From assembly GCA_964575415.1 (NCBI GenBank), contig CAZNQL010000017.1, positions 127 to 64,126 of the forward strand: DNA of 64,000 nucleotides, written 5' to 3'. Positions 1 to 9,614 of the stretch are shown here, one piece after another. Both the position numbers and the translations under genes were made by a program. The number at the start of each line of letters is the position of its first letter. Position 1 is the first letter of the stretch. The notes under the pieces were generated by a model. That model was not told the DNA's origin. It did not search any database and saw only the letters and a list, made by a program, of their open reading frames with translations. This stretch comes from an uncultured Propionivibrio sp. GTDB lineage: Bacteria; Pseudomonadota; Gammaproteobacteria; Burkholderiales; Rhodocyclaceae.

Positions 1-994
1 TCCAGGAGGCAACTTCTTCCTTGGTCAGCGTGTCGAGATTGACGCGCGTCGCTTCCTTGAGATCCGGTGTCCAGGTGACGGCCGGCCAGTCTTCGAGCTT
101 CGGCGGTTCGAGCTTGGCCGGACCGGAGCCGTCGAGGTGAAAGTGCACGTGGCGGGTGGCCGCGCAGTTCGGAATCATCGCGATCGGCAGGTTCGCGGCG
201 TGTGTCGGGTACTCGGCGATCTTGACGTCGAGTACCGTGGTCAGGCCGCCGAGGCCTTGCGCGCCGATGCCCAACGCGTTGATCTTCTCATAGAGTTCGA
301 GGCGCAGTTCCTCGGCTTTGGTTTTGGCGCCGCGCTTTTGCAGATCGAGCATGTCGAGCGGTTCCATCAGCGCTTCCTTGGCCATCAGCATGGCTTTTTC
401 GGGTGTGCCGCCGATACCGATGCCGAGGATGCCAGGCGGGCACCAGCCGGCACCCATCTGCGGCACGGTCTTGTTCACCCAGTCGACGACTTCGTCGGAG
501 GGGTTGAGCATGGCGAACTTGGCCTTGGCCTCGGAGCCGCCGCCCTTGGCCGCGCAGATGACATCGACGCTGTCACCGGGGACGAGCTCGTAATAGACGA
601 TGGCCGGGGTGTTGTCCTTGGTGTTGGTGCGCTTGCCGGCTGGATCGGCAAGCACCGAGGCGCGCAGGGGGTTGTCCGCGTCAATGTAGGCACGCTTGAC
701 GCCTTCGTTGATCATGTCTTGGATGCTCATCGTGGCGTCCGGCCATTGCACGTTCATGCCCACCTTGATGAAGACGAGGCTGATCCCGGTATCCTGGCAG
801 ATCGGGCGGTGGCCTTCGGCCGACATGCGCGAGTTGGTCAGGATCTGGGCGATGGCGTCCTTGGCGGCGGGAGACTCCTCGCGCTCGTAGGCTTCGCCCA
901 TCGCTTTGATGAAGTCGAGCGGGTGGTAGTAGCTGATGTACTGGAATGCGTCGGCAATGCTCTGGATGAGATCTTCCTGGCGAATGTTGGTCAT
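1..994 (-). CDS. fumA: Class I (Fe-S) fumarate hydratase, 3' end beyond the window
   Basis: Manual translation from ATG at 994: MTNIRQEDLIQSIADAFQYISYYHPLDF...GHRPICQDTGI, the class I fumarase N-terminus. Missing from the ORF track because it has no stop in the window. Confidence 0.9.
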   Translation of the reverse strand, partial: MTNIRQEDLIQSIADAFQYISYYHPLDFIKAMGEAYEREESPAAKDAIAQILTNSRMSAEGHRPICQDTGISLVFIKVGMNVQWPDATMSIQDMINEGVKRAYIDADNPLRASVLADPAGKRTNTKDNTPAIVYYELVPGDSVDVICAAKGGGSEAKAKFAMLNPSDEVVDWVNKTVPQMGAGWCPPGILGIGIGGTPEKAMLMAKEALMEPLDMLDLQKRGAKTKAEELRLELYEKINALGIGAQGLGGLTTVLDVKIAEYPTHAANLPIAMIPNCAATRHVHFHLDGSGPAKLEPPKLEDWPAVTWTPDLKEATRVNLDTLTKEEVASW

Positions 995-1114
995 TTCAGG
1001 CTTTCTGTCAGAGGTTGATGGAAATATCCGGTATCTTGGGTATCGTTGTTATTCGTTTGTTCAAGGCAGGCGGTGCTTGCGTTTGAAGCGTCGATCTTAA
1101 CACCTTCGCGCGCG

Positions 1115-2050
1115 TCATTCGAGGGCGGCGGTCAATGTCGGTAGGGCATCGAACAGATCGGCGACGAGACCGTAATCGGCGACCTGGAAGATCGGGGCGT
1201 CCGGGTCCTTGTTGATGGCGACGATCACCTGGCTTTCGCGCATGCCGGCCAGGTGCTGGATGGCGCCGGAAAGGCCGACGGCGATGTAGAGCTCAGGGGC
1301 GACGACCTTGCCCGTCTGCCCGACCTGCCAGTCGTTGGGCGCGTAGCCGGCGTCGACGGCGGCGCGCGTCGCGCCCAGCGCCGCGCCCAGTTTATCGGCC
1401 AAAGGTTCGAGCAGCGCGTAGAAATTCTCGCGGCTACCGAGTCCGCGTCCGCCGGCGATGACGGTGCGGGCGTTTCCGAGTTCGTGGCGTGCCGAGGTCG
1501 TCAGTTCGCGTTTGAGTACGCGGCTCTTGCCGCAGTCGGCGGCGGCAGGCAATTTTTCGATGGCGGCCGGTGATTCGCTTTCACCGGCATCCGGAAAAGC
1601 CGTGGCGCGGACCGTGACGACCTTGATGACGTCGGCCGATTGCACCGTCGCCAGCACGTTGCCGGCGTAGATCTGGTGCACGAAGGTGTCGGGTGCGACG
1701 ACGTCGACGATCTCGGAAATTTGCGCCACGTCGAGCCGCGCCGCCACGCGCGGCATGAAACTCTTGCCGCTGCTGCTGGAGGCAGCGAGCACATGGCTGT
1801 AGCTGCTGACGATACCCGTGACCAGAGCCGTCAGATTTTCCGGCGAGGCGTCGGCGTAGTGCGCGGCGTCGACGAACAGAACCTTGGCGACGCCGTCGAT
1901 GCGTGCGGCGGCCTCGGCGACCGGCGCGCAATCGTTCCCGGCGACGAGCAGGTGGATGTCGCCGCCGATTCGGCGCGCCGCGCTGACCGCATGGCGCGTC
2001 GCTGGTTTGAGCGAAGCGTTGTCGTGTTCGGCAATGACGAGGAGGGTCAT
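1115..2050 (-). CDS. etfA: Electron transfer flavoprotein alpha subunit
   Basis: [33 protein letters not shown]-binding signature. Confidence 0.95.
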   Translation of the reverse strand: MTLLVIAEHDNASLKPATRHAVSAARRIGGDIHLLVAGNDCAPVAEAAARIDGVAKVLFVDAAHYADASPENLTALVTGIVSSYSHVLAASSSSGKSFMPRVAARLDVAQISEIVDVVAPDTFVHQIYAGNVLATVQSADVIKVVTVRATAFPDAGESESPAAIEKLPAAADCGKSRVLKRELTTSARHELGNARTVIAGGRGLGSRENFYALLEPLADKLGAALGATRAAVDAGYAPNDWQVGQTGKVVAPELYIAVGLSGAIQHLAGMRESQVIVAINKDPDAPIFQVADYGLVADLFDALPTLTAALE

Positions 2051-2805
2051 CGGATCACCTTAGCCTGGTTCTTGAGTCGATCGACCAGTTCGGCGACGTC
2101 GGCGACCCGGATCCCGGGCGGACGCGGCGGCGGCTCGACGACTTTCAGGGTTTTCAGGCGCGGCGCGACATCGACGCCGAGCGCCAGCGGCGTCAACGTG
2201 TCGAGCGGCTTCTTGCGCGCCTTCATGATGTTCGGCAGCGTCGCGTAACGCGGCTGGTTGAGGCGCAGGTCGGCGGTGATGACGGCCGGCAGCGCGATGT
2301 CGACGGTTTCCAGCCCGCCGTCGATTTCGCGCAGGACTGTCGTCCGGTTTCCGTCGGCCGTGATCGTGATTCCCGAAGCGCAAGTCGCCTGCGGCCAGTC
2401 GAGCAACACGGCCAGCATCTGGCCGGTCTGGTGAGCGTCGTCGTCGATGGCCTGTTTGCCGCAGAGGACGAGTTGCGGTTGTTCGCGTTCGCAGATGGCC
2501 TTCAACAGTTTGGCTACGGCCAGCGGCTGCAATTCGACATCGGTTTCGATCAATAACCCTCGGTCGGCGCCGAGGGCCAACGCCGTGCGCAAGGTTTCCT
2601 GGCAAGTCGCCGGCCCCGCCGAGACGGCAAAGACTTCGGTAGCGATGCCGCCTTCCTTGAGGCGCACCGCCTCCTCGACGGCGATTTCGTCGAAGGGGTT
2701 CATCGCCATGCGGGCGTGGGCAATGTCCACGCCGCTGCCGTCCGTTTTCGGGCGGACCTTGATGTTGTAATCGACCGCCCGTTTGACGGCGACGAGGATT
2801 TTCAA
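2047..2805 (-). CDS. etfB: Electron transfer flavoprotein beta subunit
   Basis: KILVAVKR..D, MNPFDEIAVEEA, GKQAIDDD motifs; TTG start. Confidence 0.95.
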   Translation of the reverse strand: MKILVAVKRAVDYNIKVRPKTDGSGVDIAHARMAMNPFDEIAVEEAVRLKEGGIATEVFAVSAGPATCQETLRTALALGADRGLLIETDVELQPLAVAKLLKAICEREQPQLVLCGKQAIDDDAHQTGQMLAVLLDWPQATCASGITITADGNRTTVLREIDGGLETVDIALPAVITADLRLNQPRYATLPNIMKARKKPLDTLTPLALGVDVAPRLKTLKVVEPPPRPPGIRVADVAELVDRLKNQAKVIR

Positions 2806-2814
2806 AGCATGCTC

Positions 2815-4461
2815 CTACATGTTCGGGTAGTTCGGACCGTCGCCGCCTTGCGGGGGGGTCCATACGATGTTCTGCGTCGGGTCCTTGATGTCGCAGGCTT
2901 TGCAGTGTACGCAATTTTGCGCGTTGATTTGCAGGCGCGGATTCTCGTCGGCGGCGTCGCGCAGGATTTCATAGACACCCGCCGGACAGTAGCGCTGCTC
3001 CGGAGCGTCGAAGTGCGCCAGATTGACGCGGAGCGGAACGCTCGCGTCTTTGAGCGTGAGATGACAGGGCTGGTTTTCTTCGTGGCGGGTGTGGGAGAGA
3101 TCGACCGACGACATGCGGTCGAAGCTGATCTGGCCGTCCGGTTTTGGGTAGGCGATTGGCCGGCAATCGGCGGTCTTCAGCAGCCGGGTATGGTCGGCGG
3201 CCCGGTGGCGCAGCGTCCACGGCGCCTTGCCCCGAAAGACGTGCTGATCGAGGGCGAACATTACGCTGCCGAGGTACAGCCCCTTGTTCATCCAGGGTTT
3301 GAAGTTGCGTCCTCGCTGCAATTCGTCGAAGAGCGGACTGGCGCAGAAGGCGCGCGGGTAGGCGAGCAGCTTGTCGTGGCTACGGCCGGCGGTCAGCGCT
3401 TCGAAGCAGGCGTCCGCCGCCAGCCTGCCCGAGTCGATGGCGCCATGTGCCCCCTTGAGGCGTGCGGCATTGAGAAAGCCGGCGTCGTCGCCGATCAGCG
3501 CGCCGCCCGGAAAAACCAGCCTGGGCAAAGACTGGACGCCGCCGGCGCTGAGCGTGCGCGCGCCGTAGGCGATGCGGCGACCGCCCTCGAGGGTTTTTCG
3601 CAGGGCCGGATGCGTTTTGTAGCGCTGGAATTCCTCGAACGTTGAAAGATAGGGGTTGCGATAGCCGAGGCCGGTGACGAGTCCGACCGCCACTTGGTTG
3701 TCCCGTAGGTGGTACAAGAAGCCGCCGCCGTAGGTCTGCGCGTCGAGCGGCCAGCCGACGCTGTGGATGACGCGTCCGGCTTGATGTTTTTCCGGAGGGA
3801 TTTCCCACAGTTCCTTGATGCCGAGCGCGTAGGTCTGCGGATCGGCGTGTTCGCGCAGGCGGAACCGGTCTTCGAGTTGCCGGCCGAGATGGCCGCGGCT
3901 GCCTTCGGCGAAAAGCGTGTAGCGCGCGAGCAGCGCCATGCCCGGCTGGTAGTTCGGACCGTGCGAACCGTTCTTGAGCACGCCAAGGTCGCCGGTGGCG
4001 ATGCCGACGACCGCGCCGTCTTCGTCGTAAAGAATCTCGCTGCCGGCGAATCCGGGGTAGATTTCGACGCCTAGCGTTTCTGCCTGCCGGCCAAGCCAGC
4101 GGCACAGTTCGGCGAGGCTGACGACGTGATTGCCCCGGTTGAGAAAGCAGTCCGGCAGCAGCCAGTCTGGAACCGCGATGCTGCCGCTTTCGTCGAGCAA
4201 CAGGAAACGGTCTTCGACGACCGGCGTATCGACGGGCGCGCCTTGCGCTTGCCAGTCCGGGAGCAGACGGTTCAGCGCGGACGGGTCGAGTATGGCCCCG
4301 GAGAGGATGTGACCGCCGATTTCCGCCGCTTTTTCGATCAGGCAGACATTGACGTCGGCACTCTTTTCGCCGGCGAGCTGCTTGAGACGGATCGCAGCGG
4401 CCAGCCCGGCCGGGCCGCCGCCGACGATCACCACATCGAATTCTATCGATTCTCTTTGCAT
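2815..4461 (-). CDS. etfD: ETF-ubiquinone oxidoreductase (single chain, FAD plus C-terminal Fe-S)
   Basis: DVVIVGGGPAGL, GHILSGA, YCPAGVYE, NCVHCKACDIKDP. Confidence 0.93.
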   Translation of the reverse strand: MQRESIEFDVVIVGGGPAGLAAAIRLKQLAGEKSADVNVCLIEKAAEIGGHILSGAILDPSALNRLLPDWQAQGAPVDTPVVEDRFLLLDESGSIAVPDWLLPDCFLNRGNHVVSLAELCRWLGRQAETLGVEIYPGFAGSEILYDEDGAVVGIATGDLGVLKNGSHGPNYQPGMALLARYTLFAEGSRGHLGRQLEDRFRLREHADPQTYALGIKELWEIPPEKHQAGRVIHSVGWPLDAQTYGGGFLYHLRDNQVAVGLVTGLGYRNPYLSTFEEFQRYKTHPALRKTLEGGRRIAYGARTLSAGGVQSLPRLVFPGGALIGDDAGFLNAARLKGAHGAIDSGRLAADACFEALTAGRSHDKLLAYPRAFCASPLFDELQRGRNFKPWMNKGLYLGSVMFALDQHVFRGKAPWTLRHRAADHTRLLKTADCRPIAYPKPDGQISFDRMSSVDLSHTRHEENQPCHLTLKDASVPLRVNLAHFDAPEQRYCPAGVYEILRDAADENPRLQINAQNCVHCKACDIKDPTQNIVWTPPQGGDGPNYPNM

Positions 4462-4577
4462 TCACCAGAGCCTTGAAAGCTTACGCGCCGGTTCGGGAAC
4501 ATCCCGGCGTCGGCGCAGTATACGGCATCGTTCGTTTGCGGTTGTACCGTTGCCGGCGAAGTTGTCGGTATTGTGTT

Positions 4578-4593
4578 TGTCGCTTTTGCGACA
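4578..4593 (+). promoter_or_regulatory. NifA upstream activator sequence
   Basis: TGT-cgcttttgcg-ACA is an exact TGT-N10-ACA, about 65 bp upstream of a -24/-12 promoter with an AT-rich stretch between. Confidence 0.8.
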
Positions 4594-4654
4594 AGGCGTC
4601 GGCTTTGTCGTATGCCTGTAATGTTCAACGCGTTGTTAATAAAAGAAAAACGGG

Positions 4655-4671
4655 CTGGCACCGGAATTGCT
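4655..4671 (+). promoter_or_regulatory. sigma54 (-24/-12) promoter of nifVWZM
   Basis: CTGGCAC-cggaa-TTGCT matches the consensus TGGCAC-N5-TTGCW. Confidence 0.88.
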
Positions 4672-4692
4672 CACATGAGGTCAGGAGGCCTT

Positions 4693-6201
4693 ATGTCACA
4701 AGCCGGACAGTCATTCATCGTCATCAACGATACGACGCTACGCGACGGCGAGCAATCGGCCGGGGTCGCTTTCACCCTCGACGAAAAGCTGGCCATCGCA
4801 CGCCATCTTGCCGCGCTGGGCGTGCCCGAACTCGAAGTCGGCATTCCGGCGATGGGCGAGGCCGAGCGCGAGAGCATCCGCGCCGTGGCCGCTCTGGGAC
4901 TGTCGTCGCGCCTGATGGTGTGGAGCCGCATGCACGAGAGCGACATCGCCGCCTGCTGCGGACTGGGGGCGCACCTGATCGACATTTCTGTGCCTTCGTC
5001 GGATCAACACCTCGCCCACAAGTTGCGCCGTGACCGCGCCTGGTTGCTGTCGCGCATCGGCTACCACATTTCGCTTGCCCTCGACGCCGGCTTCGAAGTC
5101 TGCATCGGCGCCGAGGATGCCTCGCGCGCCGATCCGGATTTCCTTGCACAAATCGCCGAAGCGGCACAGCGTGCCGGGGCGCGGCGGATTCGCTTCGCCG
5201 ATACGCTCGGCGTGCTCGATCCGTTCGCCGTCGCCGAGCGCATCGCGCGTCTGCGTGCGACAACCGACCTCGAAATCGAAATGCACGCCCACGACGACCT
5301 CGGTCTGGCGACGGCCAACACGCTGGCGGCGGTGCGTGCTGGCGCCACGCATGTCAATACCACGGTCAACGGCCTCGGCGAGCGTGCCGGCAACGCCGCG
5401 CTCGAAGAAGTCGTGCATGGATTGCACCAGTGCTACGGCATCGAAACCGGCGTCGATCTGCGCCAGTTCCCGGAAGTGTCGGCGCTGGTCGCGCAGGCGT
5501 CTGGACGGCCGGTGGCCTGGCAGAAGAGCCTCGTCGGTGAGGGGGTGTTCACGCACGAAGCCGGCATCCATGTCGACGGCCTCCTGAAACATCCCGACAA
5601 CTATCAGGGTTTCGACCCGCGCCTCGTCGGCCGCGACCACCGCGTCGTCCTCGGCAAGCATTCGGGCAAAGGCGGTGTGCAGGCCGTGTTTTCGATGCTC
5701 GGCAAGACGGTCGGCGATGAAGAGGCAGAAACGCTGGTCGGCGAAATTCGCGACTTCGTCAATCGTTGCAAGCGACCGTCGTCGCCGGAAGAGTTGTTGT
5801 TCATGCTGGCGGAGCAGCAATCGAAGGCCCGCGGCCAATTGTCCCCACTGATTTCAACCGAGAAGGAATGCACCATGAGCCTCGATGCCACCGACTTTGA
5901 GCAGGAAGTTGCCGAACTGGAATCCGCCGAGGATTTTCTCGAATATTTCAACATCGAATACGACCCAGCGGTCGTCCAGGTCAACCGGCTGCATATCCTG
6001 CAGCGTTTCCACGACTACCTGGCCCGGCGCGCTGAAACGCAGACGCTGACCTACGCCGAATACCGGACAAGCCTCGGCATGGCTTATGAGGATTTCGTCC
6101 GTTCCGATGCGGTGACCGAGAAAGTGTTCAAGGTCTTCAAACGGGCGTCGGGCATCGCAACCGTTCCGCTGTCCGCCATCGGCCGCGCGACGAGGCACTG
6201 A
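4693..6201 (+). CDS. nifV: Homocitrate synthase NifV, reading in frame into NifW
   Basis: [47 protein letters not shown]; RBS AGGAGG before ATG 4693; no stop before nifW. Confidence 0.92.
   Translation: MSQAGQSFIVINDTTLRDGEQSAGVAFTLDEKLAIARHLAALGVPELEVGIPAMGEAERESIRAVAALGLSSRLMVWSRMHESDIAACCGLGAHLIDISVPSSDQHLAHKLRRDRAWLLSRIGYHISLALDAGFEVCIGAEDASRADPDFLAQIAEAAQRAGARRIRFADTLGVLDPFAVAERIARLRATTDLEIEMHAHDDLGLATANTLAAVRAGATHVNTTVNGLGERAGNAALEEVVHGLHQCYGIETGVDLRQFPEVSALVAQASGRPVAWQKSLVGEGVFTHEAGIHVDGLLKHPDNYQGFDPRLVGRDHRVVLGKHSGKGGVQAVFSMLGKTVGDEEAETLVGEIRDFVNRCKRPSSPEELLFMLAEQQSKARGQLSPLISTEKECTMSLDATDFEQEVAELESAEDFLEYFNIEYDPAVVQVNRLHILQRFHDYLARRAETQTLTYAEYRTSLGMAYEDFVRSDAVTEKVFKVFKRASGIATVPLSAIGRATRH
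5875..6201 (+). CDS. nifW: Nitrogenase-stabilising protein NifW (own RBS and ATG inside the nifV frame)
   Basis: [35 protein letters not shown]...EKVFKVF; AGAAGGA at 5861-5867. Confidence 0.9.
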   Translation: MSLDATDFEQEVAELESAEDFLEYFNIEYDPAVVQVNRLHILQRFHDYLARRAETQTLTYAEYRTSLGMAYEDFVRSDAVTEKVFKVFKRASGIATVPLSAIGRATRH

Positions 6202-6665
6202 TGCAAACGCAATTCGATCTCGGCGATTCGGTGCGTGTCGTGCGCAATGTGCGCAACGACGGCACCTATCCCGGCGCGGCCATGGGCGATCTCCTGGTGC
6301 GTCTCGGCAGCGTCGGCACCGTTGTCGATATCGGCACCTTCCTCATGGATCAGATCATCTATACCGTGCACTTTCTCGATGACGACAAGATGGTCGGTTG
6401 CCGCGAGGAAGAAGTGATCGGCGCCGACGATCCCTGGGTGCCCAGCCTGTTCGAATCGCGCGAAAAAGTACGCGCGGGCAAGTTGCTCAAGCTCAGCGAG
6501 GATGCGCAAATACCGATCGGCGCCATCGGCGAAGTCCTGAAAGTCCTGCGCGACGAGGCCTCGGCTACCGTTCTTTACCATATGCATTTCGACTGCCTGC
6601 CGGGCCGCACGCTGGCCGTGCCCGAGTCGGCGCTTTCACCCCTGAGGGACGACCGTGCAGACTGA
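6201..6665 (+). CDS. nifZ: NifZ
   Basis: GDSVRVVRNVRNDGTYPG...GTFLMDQIIYTVHF...VGCREEE. Confidence 0.92.
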   Translation: MQTQFDLGDSVRVVRNVRNDGTYPGAAMGDLLVRLGSVGTVVDIGTFLMDQIIYTVHFLDDDKMVGCREEEVIGADDPWVPSLFESREKVRAGKLLKLSEDAQIPIGAIGEVLKVLRDEASATVLYHMHFDCLPGRTLAVPESALSPLRDDRAD

Positions 6666-6675
6666 AAGGAAAGCT

Positions 6676-7513
6676 GTGGATACCCCATCCTTATCTCCGC
6701 CTCAAGCTGGCGCAGGAGCTGTTCCGGAAAGCGCCCGACAAGCTCGAACCGGAGGAATGTAAACGCGTCGACGACGTCGTTGCGCGGCAGTTGCAGATCG
6801 AACGGCGCATCCTGTCCACGCCGGAAGCGGCGCAGGTCGTCCTGCCGTCGTCGTCGGTCGAGCAATCGCTGGGCGAGATTCGTCAGCGTTATCTGACCGA
6901 CGAGGAATTCGTCGCCGATCTCAACGTCTCCGGGCTGGACCCGGTCAGCCTCGCCGATGCGATCCGACGCGACTTGACCGTCGACGCCGTGCTCGACCGC
7001 ATCGCCAGCCGGGTTGCCGAAGTGACGGAAACCGACGTCGAAATCTTCTACCTGATGCACCGCGAACGCTTCAAGCGCCCGGAATTCCGCCGCTTCAAGC
7101 ACATTCTCGTCACCATCAACGAAAACATGGCCGGTAGCGATCGCCAGTCGGCGCGCGAAAAGATCGACGCCATCCGCGAACGGCTGCTCAAATCGCCCGG
7201 ACGCTTTGCCGAGCAGGCACTGAAACATTCCGAATGTCCGACGGCAACGAACGGCGGCGAGTTGGGCACGGTCAAGCGCGGCCAGTTGTTTCCAGAACTC
7301 GAACCGGCTGCCTTTGCGCTCGACGTTGAAGCGCTGTCGGAAGTGCTCGAATCGCCGATCGGTTTTCACCTGATGTGCTGCGAGGCCATCGAAGAAGCCC
7401 GCGAACTGCCGCTACCGGATGTGCGGGCAAAAATCCGCCAGCAATTGAGCGAAACGCGCCGCCGCTCGGTGCAGAAAACCTGGGTCGCCAGATTGTTCAA
7501 GCAGGAAGGTTGA
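6676..7513 (+). CDS. nifM: NifM parvulin-type PPIase; the likely start GTG 6676 is one base out of frame
   Basis: HPYLRLKLA, KHILVTINE, ALKHSECPTATNGGELG, VLESPIGFHL; position after nifZ. Confidence 0.85.
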
Positions 7514-7570
7514 TCAGGTTGCAGAGGCTAGCTGCGTGTAAGGTGTTTTGGCCGTCGGTCTGGGTGAGAA

Positions 7571-7641
7571 GGACAGAAAACGACCCTCAATAGCCATCCA
7601 TTGACCCAACGCCGAGCGACCGCTGCTTGACCAATGCTGCC
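7571..7641. repeat. Degenerate member of the recombinase-associated palindromic motif family
   Basis: Reverse strand reads GGCAGCATTGGTCAA...TTGGGTCAAT...GAGGGTCGTTTTCTGTCC, similar to motifs at 27426-27450 and 30972-30995. Confidence 0.5.
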
Positions 7642-7653
7642 AATAAATAACGT

Positions 7654-8265
7654 TCAGCGCGATGCAGAGGTGGCTATCTTTGCTGCTAAACCAAGTAGCA
7701 CTACTCCAACGACTCGGTCAAACCAAACCAAGCGGGATCCGAGCCAATCAAGGACGCGACGTGATGAAAACATAGCCGACACGATGCCGAACCAGAGGAA
7801 AGATTCCCCAACTAGCAGGACCCAGAGAAGCGCCGTATCAACGGTCCCCAGCTCTGGGGTAAGAACCTGCGAGAGAATCGAGCCGAAATAGAGCATTGCT
7901 TTTGGGTTCAATAGGTTGGTCAGGAACCCTGAAACGAATGCTTTTCCGACTTGACCGCGTGATTGCATCTCCGGCAATTGCCCCTTGGAGCGCAAACACT
8001 GAATGCCCAGCCACGCCAGATACATTGCACCAGTCACGGACAATAAAGTGGAAAGCCCTGGCAATGCCGCCAAGACCAAAGACAGTCCGAACGCGCAGAC
8101 CAATATATAGACTCCGATTGCGGCTGCAACACCTGCTGCTGCCCAGAGGCCAGTCTGGCGACCGGATACGATCGAGAGGCGAGTGACAATTGCGAAGTCA
8201 GGTCCGGGTGAAATCAAGGCGACTGCATGGATAGCCAGCACAAGGGTTAGAGCTTCCCAAGACAT
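7654..8265 (-). CDS. LysE/RhtB-family amino-acid exporter
   Basis: ISPGPDFAIV and GFLTNLLNPKAMLYF motifs; hydrophobic. Confidence 0.9.
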   Translation of the reverse strand: MSWEALTLVLAIHAVALISPGPDFAIVTRLSIVSGRQTGLWAAAGVAAAIGVYILVCAFGLSLVLAALPGLSTLLSVTGAMYLAWLGIQCLRSKGQLPEMQSRGQVGKAFVSGFLTNLLNPKAMLYFGSILSQVLTPELGTVDTALLWVLLVGESFLWFGIVSAMFSSRRVLDWLGSRLVWFDRVVGVVLLGLAAKIATSASR

Positions 8266-8398
8266 GTTGATTCTCTGAATAACAAGGAGCGGGTATTTTG
8301 AACGCTTCGGGGTGAAATAGGCAAAACAGTCATCGAAGCACGTGGCATTCTGTGGTCAGCATCAGTCAAAAACCTGCCTTTGCTACACGCTAGCAAAG

Positions 8399-8418
8399 AT
8401 GGCTGGAATTGGCCTATT
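8399..8418. repeat. 20-bp motif shared with the recombinase island
   Basis: ATGGCTGGAATTGGCCTATT is 19/20 identical to the reverse complement of 29333-29352. Confidence 0.7.
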
Positions 8419-8500
8419 TCACGACTGTATCGCTACCGGCGCAGAAATGCCATAACAATAACAAGGCGCGCAACGGTTTGCTGGCCGTGCGTCTTTTGAA

Positions 8501-9133
8501 TTAAGCCGGACTACGGGGTACGCTTACTATTTCGCCGCGTGCCTGACGGATGACGCTGATCGACGCCGAAATGGCCAGTGACGCAATGATGACGGCAACA
8601 AGCAGATCGGGCCACGCCGATGCGGTGCCGAAGACACCGATTGCTGCGAGGGCGATCGCGACGTTGACGATGGCGTCGTTGCGGCTGCACAGCCAGACGG
8701 AACGCATGTTGGCGTCGCCAGCGCGGAAGGCGTAAAGCATCAGCGCCACGCTGAGGTCGGCGACCAGCGCCACGAGGGCGATGGAGCCCATGGTGAAGGG
8801 TTCCGGCGGCACGCCGGAGAGTGAAGCCCAGCCGGTTTTGACCAGTACGAAGCCGCCGTAGAGGCCCATGGTCCAGCCTTTGACCAGCGCGGCGCGGGCA
8901 CGCCACAAGAGTCCTCTGGAAAGGACGGCCAGGGAGAGGCCGTAGTTGGCCGCGTCGCCAGCGAAATCGACGGCGTCAGCGAGCAGGGATACCGAGCCCG
9001 ATTTCAGGCCGCCGACGATTTCCACCGCGAACATCAGGGTGTTGATGACCAAGGCGACCCAGAGCGCCTTGCGAAAGCGTGGGTCGATTGCACTCTTGGC
9101 GGAAGAACAGCTTCCTGAACAGCAAGCGGACAT
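8501..9133 (-). CDS. Cation diffusion facilitator (CzcD-like, short) with Cys-rich N-terminus
   Basis: MSACCSGSC; SLLADAVDFAGDAANY; MRSVWLCSRNDAI. Confidence 0.88.
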   Translation of the reverse strand: MSACCSGSCSSAKSAIDPRFRKALWVALVINTLMFAVEIVGGLKSGSVSLLADAVDFAGDAANYGLSLAVLSRGLLWRARAALVKGWTMGLYGGFVLVKTGWASLSGVPPEPFTMGSIALVALVADLSVALMLYAFRAGDANMRSVWLCSRNDAIVNVAIALAAIGVFGTASAWPDLLVAVIIASLAISASISVIRQARGEIVSVPRSPA

Positions 9134-9159
9134 GGCATTTCTCCGTATTTGATAATTGC

Positions 9160-9190
9160 ATTGAAAACCCTGGAGCGACTCCAGTGTCAA
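9160..9190 (-). promoter_or_regulatory. MerR-type (CadR/PbrR) operator-promoter of the CDF gene
   Basis: Minus strand: TTGACA, 19-bp spacer containing the dyad CTGGAG-TCG-CTCCAG, then TTCAAT. The 19-bp spacing is the MerR hallmark. Confidence 0.85.
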
Positions 9191-9221
9191 CGCTCATAAT
9201 GTATGGCGAAAAGGAGTGGGT

Positions 9222-9614
9222 ATGCGTATTGGCGAATTGGCGCGGAAAACCGGACTCGGTATCGATACTATCCGTTACTACGAAAAATCCGGATTGCTCA
9301 CCGCACCGCCGAGACGTGGCAACGGGTACAGGGAGTATGGAGGCGATCATCTCGAACGATTGGCCTTCATCCGTCATTGCCGGGCGCTAGATATGCCGCT
9401 GGCCGATGTGCGGCGTTTGATCGATTTTCTGACCTGTCCCGAGGCGGATTGCGGCGACATCAATCGATTGATCGATAGTCAGTTGGCCTGTGTCAGAAAG
9501 AGGCTCGATAGTTTGCGGGCCCTGGAAAAGCAACTCATGGCGCTACGCGCTCAGTGCGGTGAAAATTCGGTCGCACGTAAGTGCGGCATCCTGCGCGAGC
9601 TGACTTCGCCCTGA
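9222..9614 (+). CDS. MerR-family Cd(II)/Pb(II)-responsive regulator
   Basis: MRIGELA..TIRYYEK.GLL; RHCRALDM; Cys at C..IN, QC and CGIL positions. Confidence 0.9.
   Translation: MRIGELARKTGLGIDTIRYYEKSGLLTAPPRRGNGYREYGGDHLERLAFIRHCRALDMPLADVRRLIDFLTCPEADCGDINRLIDSQLACVRKRLDSLRALEKQLMALRAQCGENSVARKCGILRELTSP

Noticed and set aside
137-4465. Long alternative-frame and antisense ORFs (137-1018, 2060-2914, 2716-3645, 3380-4465) and similar ones over mutS, hscA and lysS (32180-34198, 46541-47851, 55277-56413)
   Set aside because: Shadow ORFs of GC-rich genes: no motifs, and they overlap well-supported CDSs.
4462-4577. sigma54 promoter for the ETF cluster
   Set aside because: No GG-N10-GC on the minus strand in this interval.
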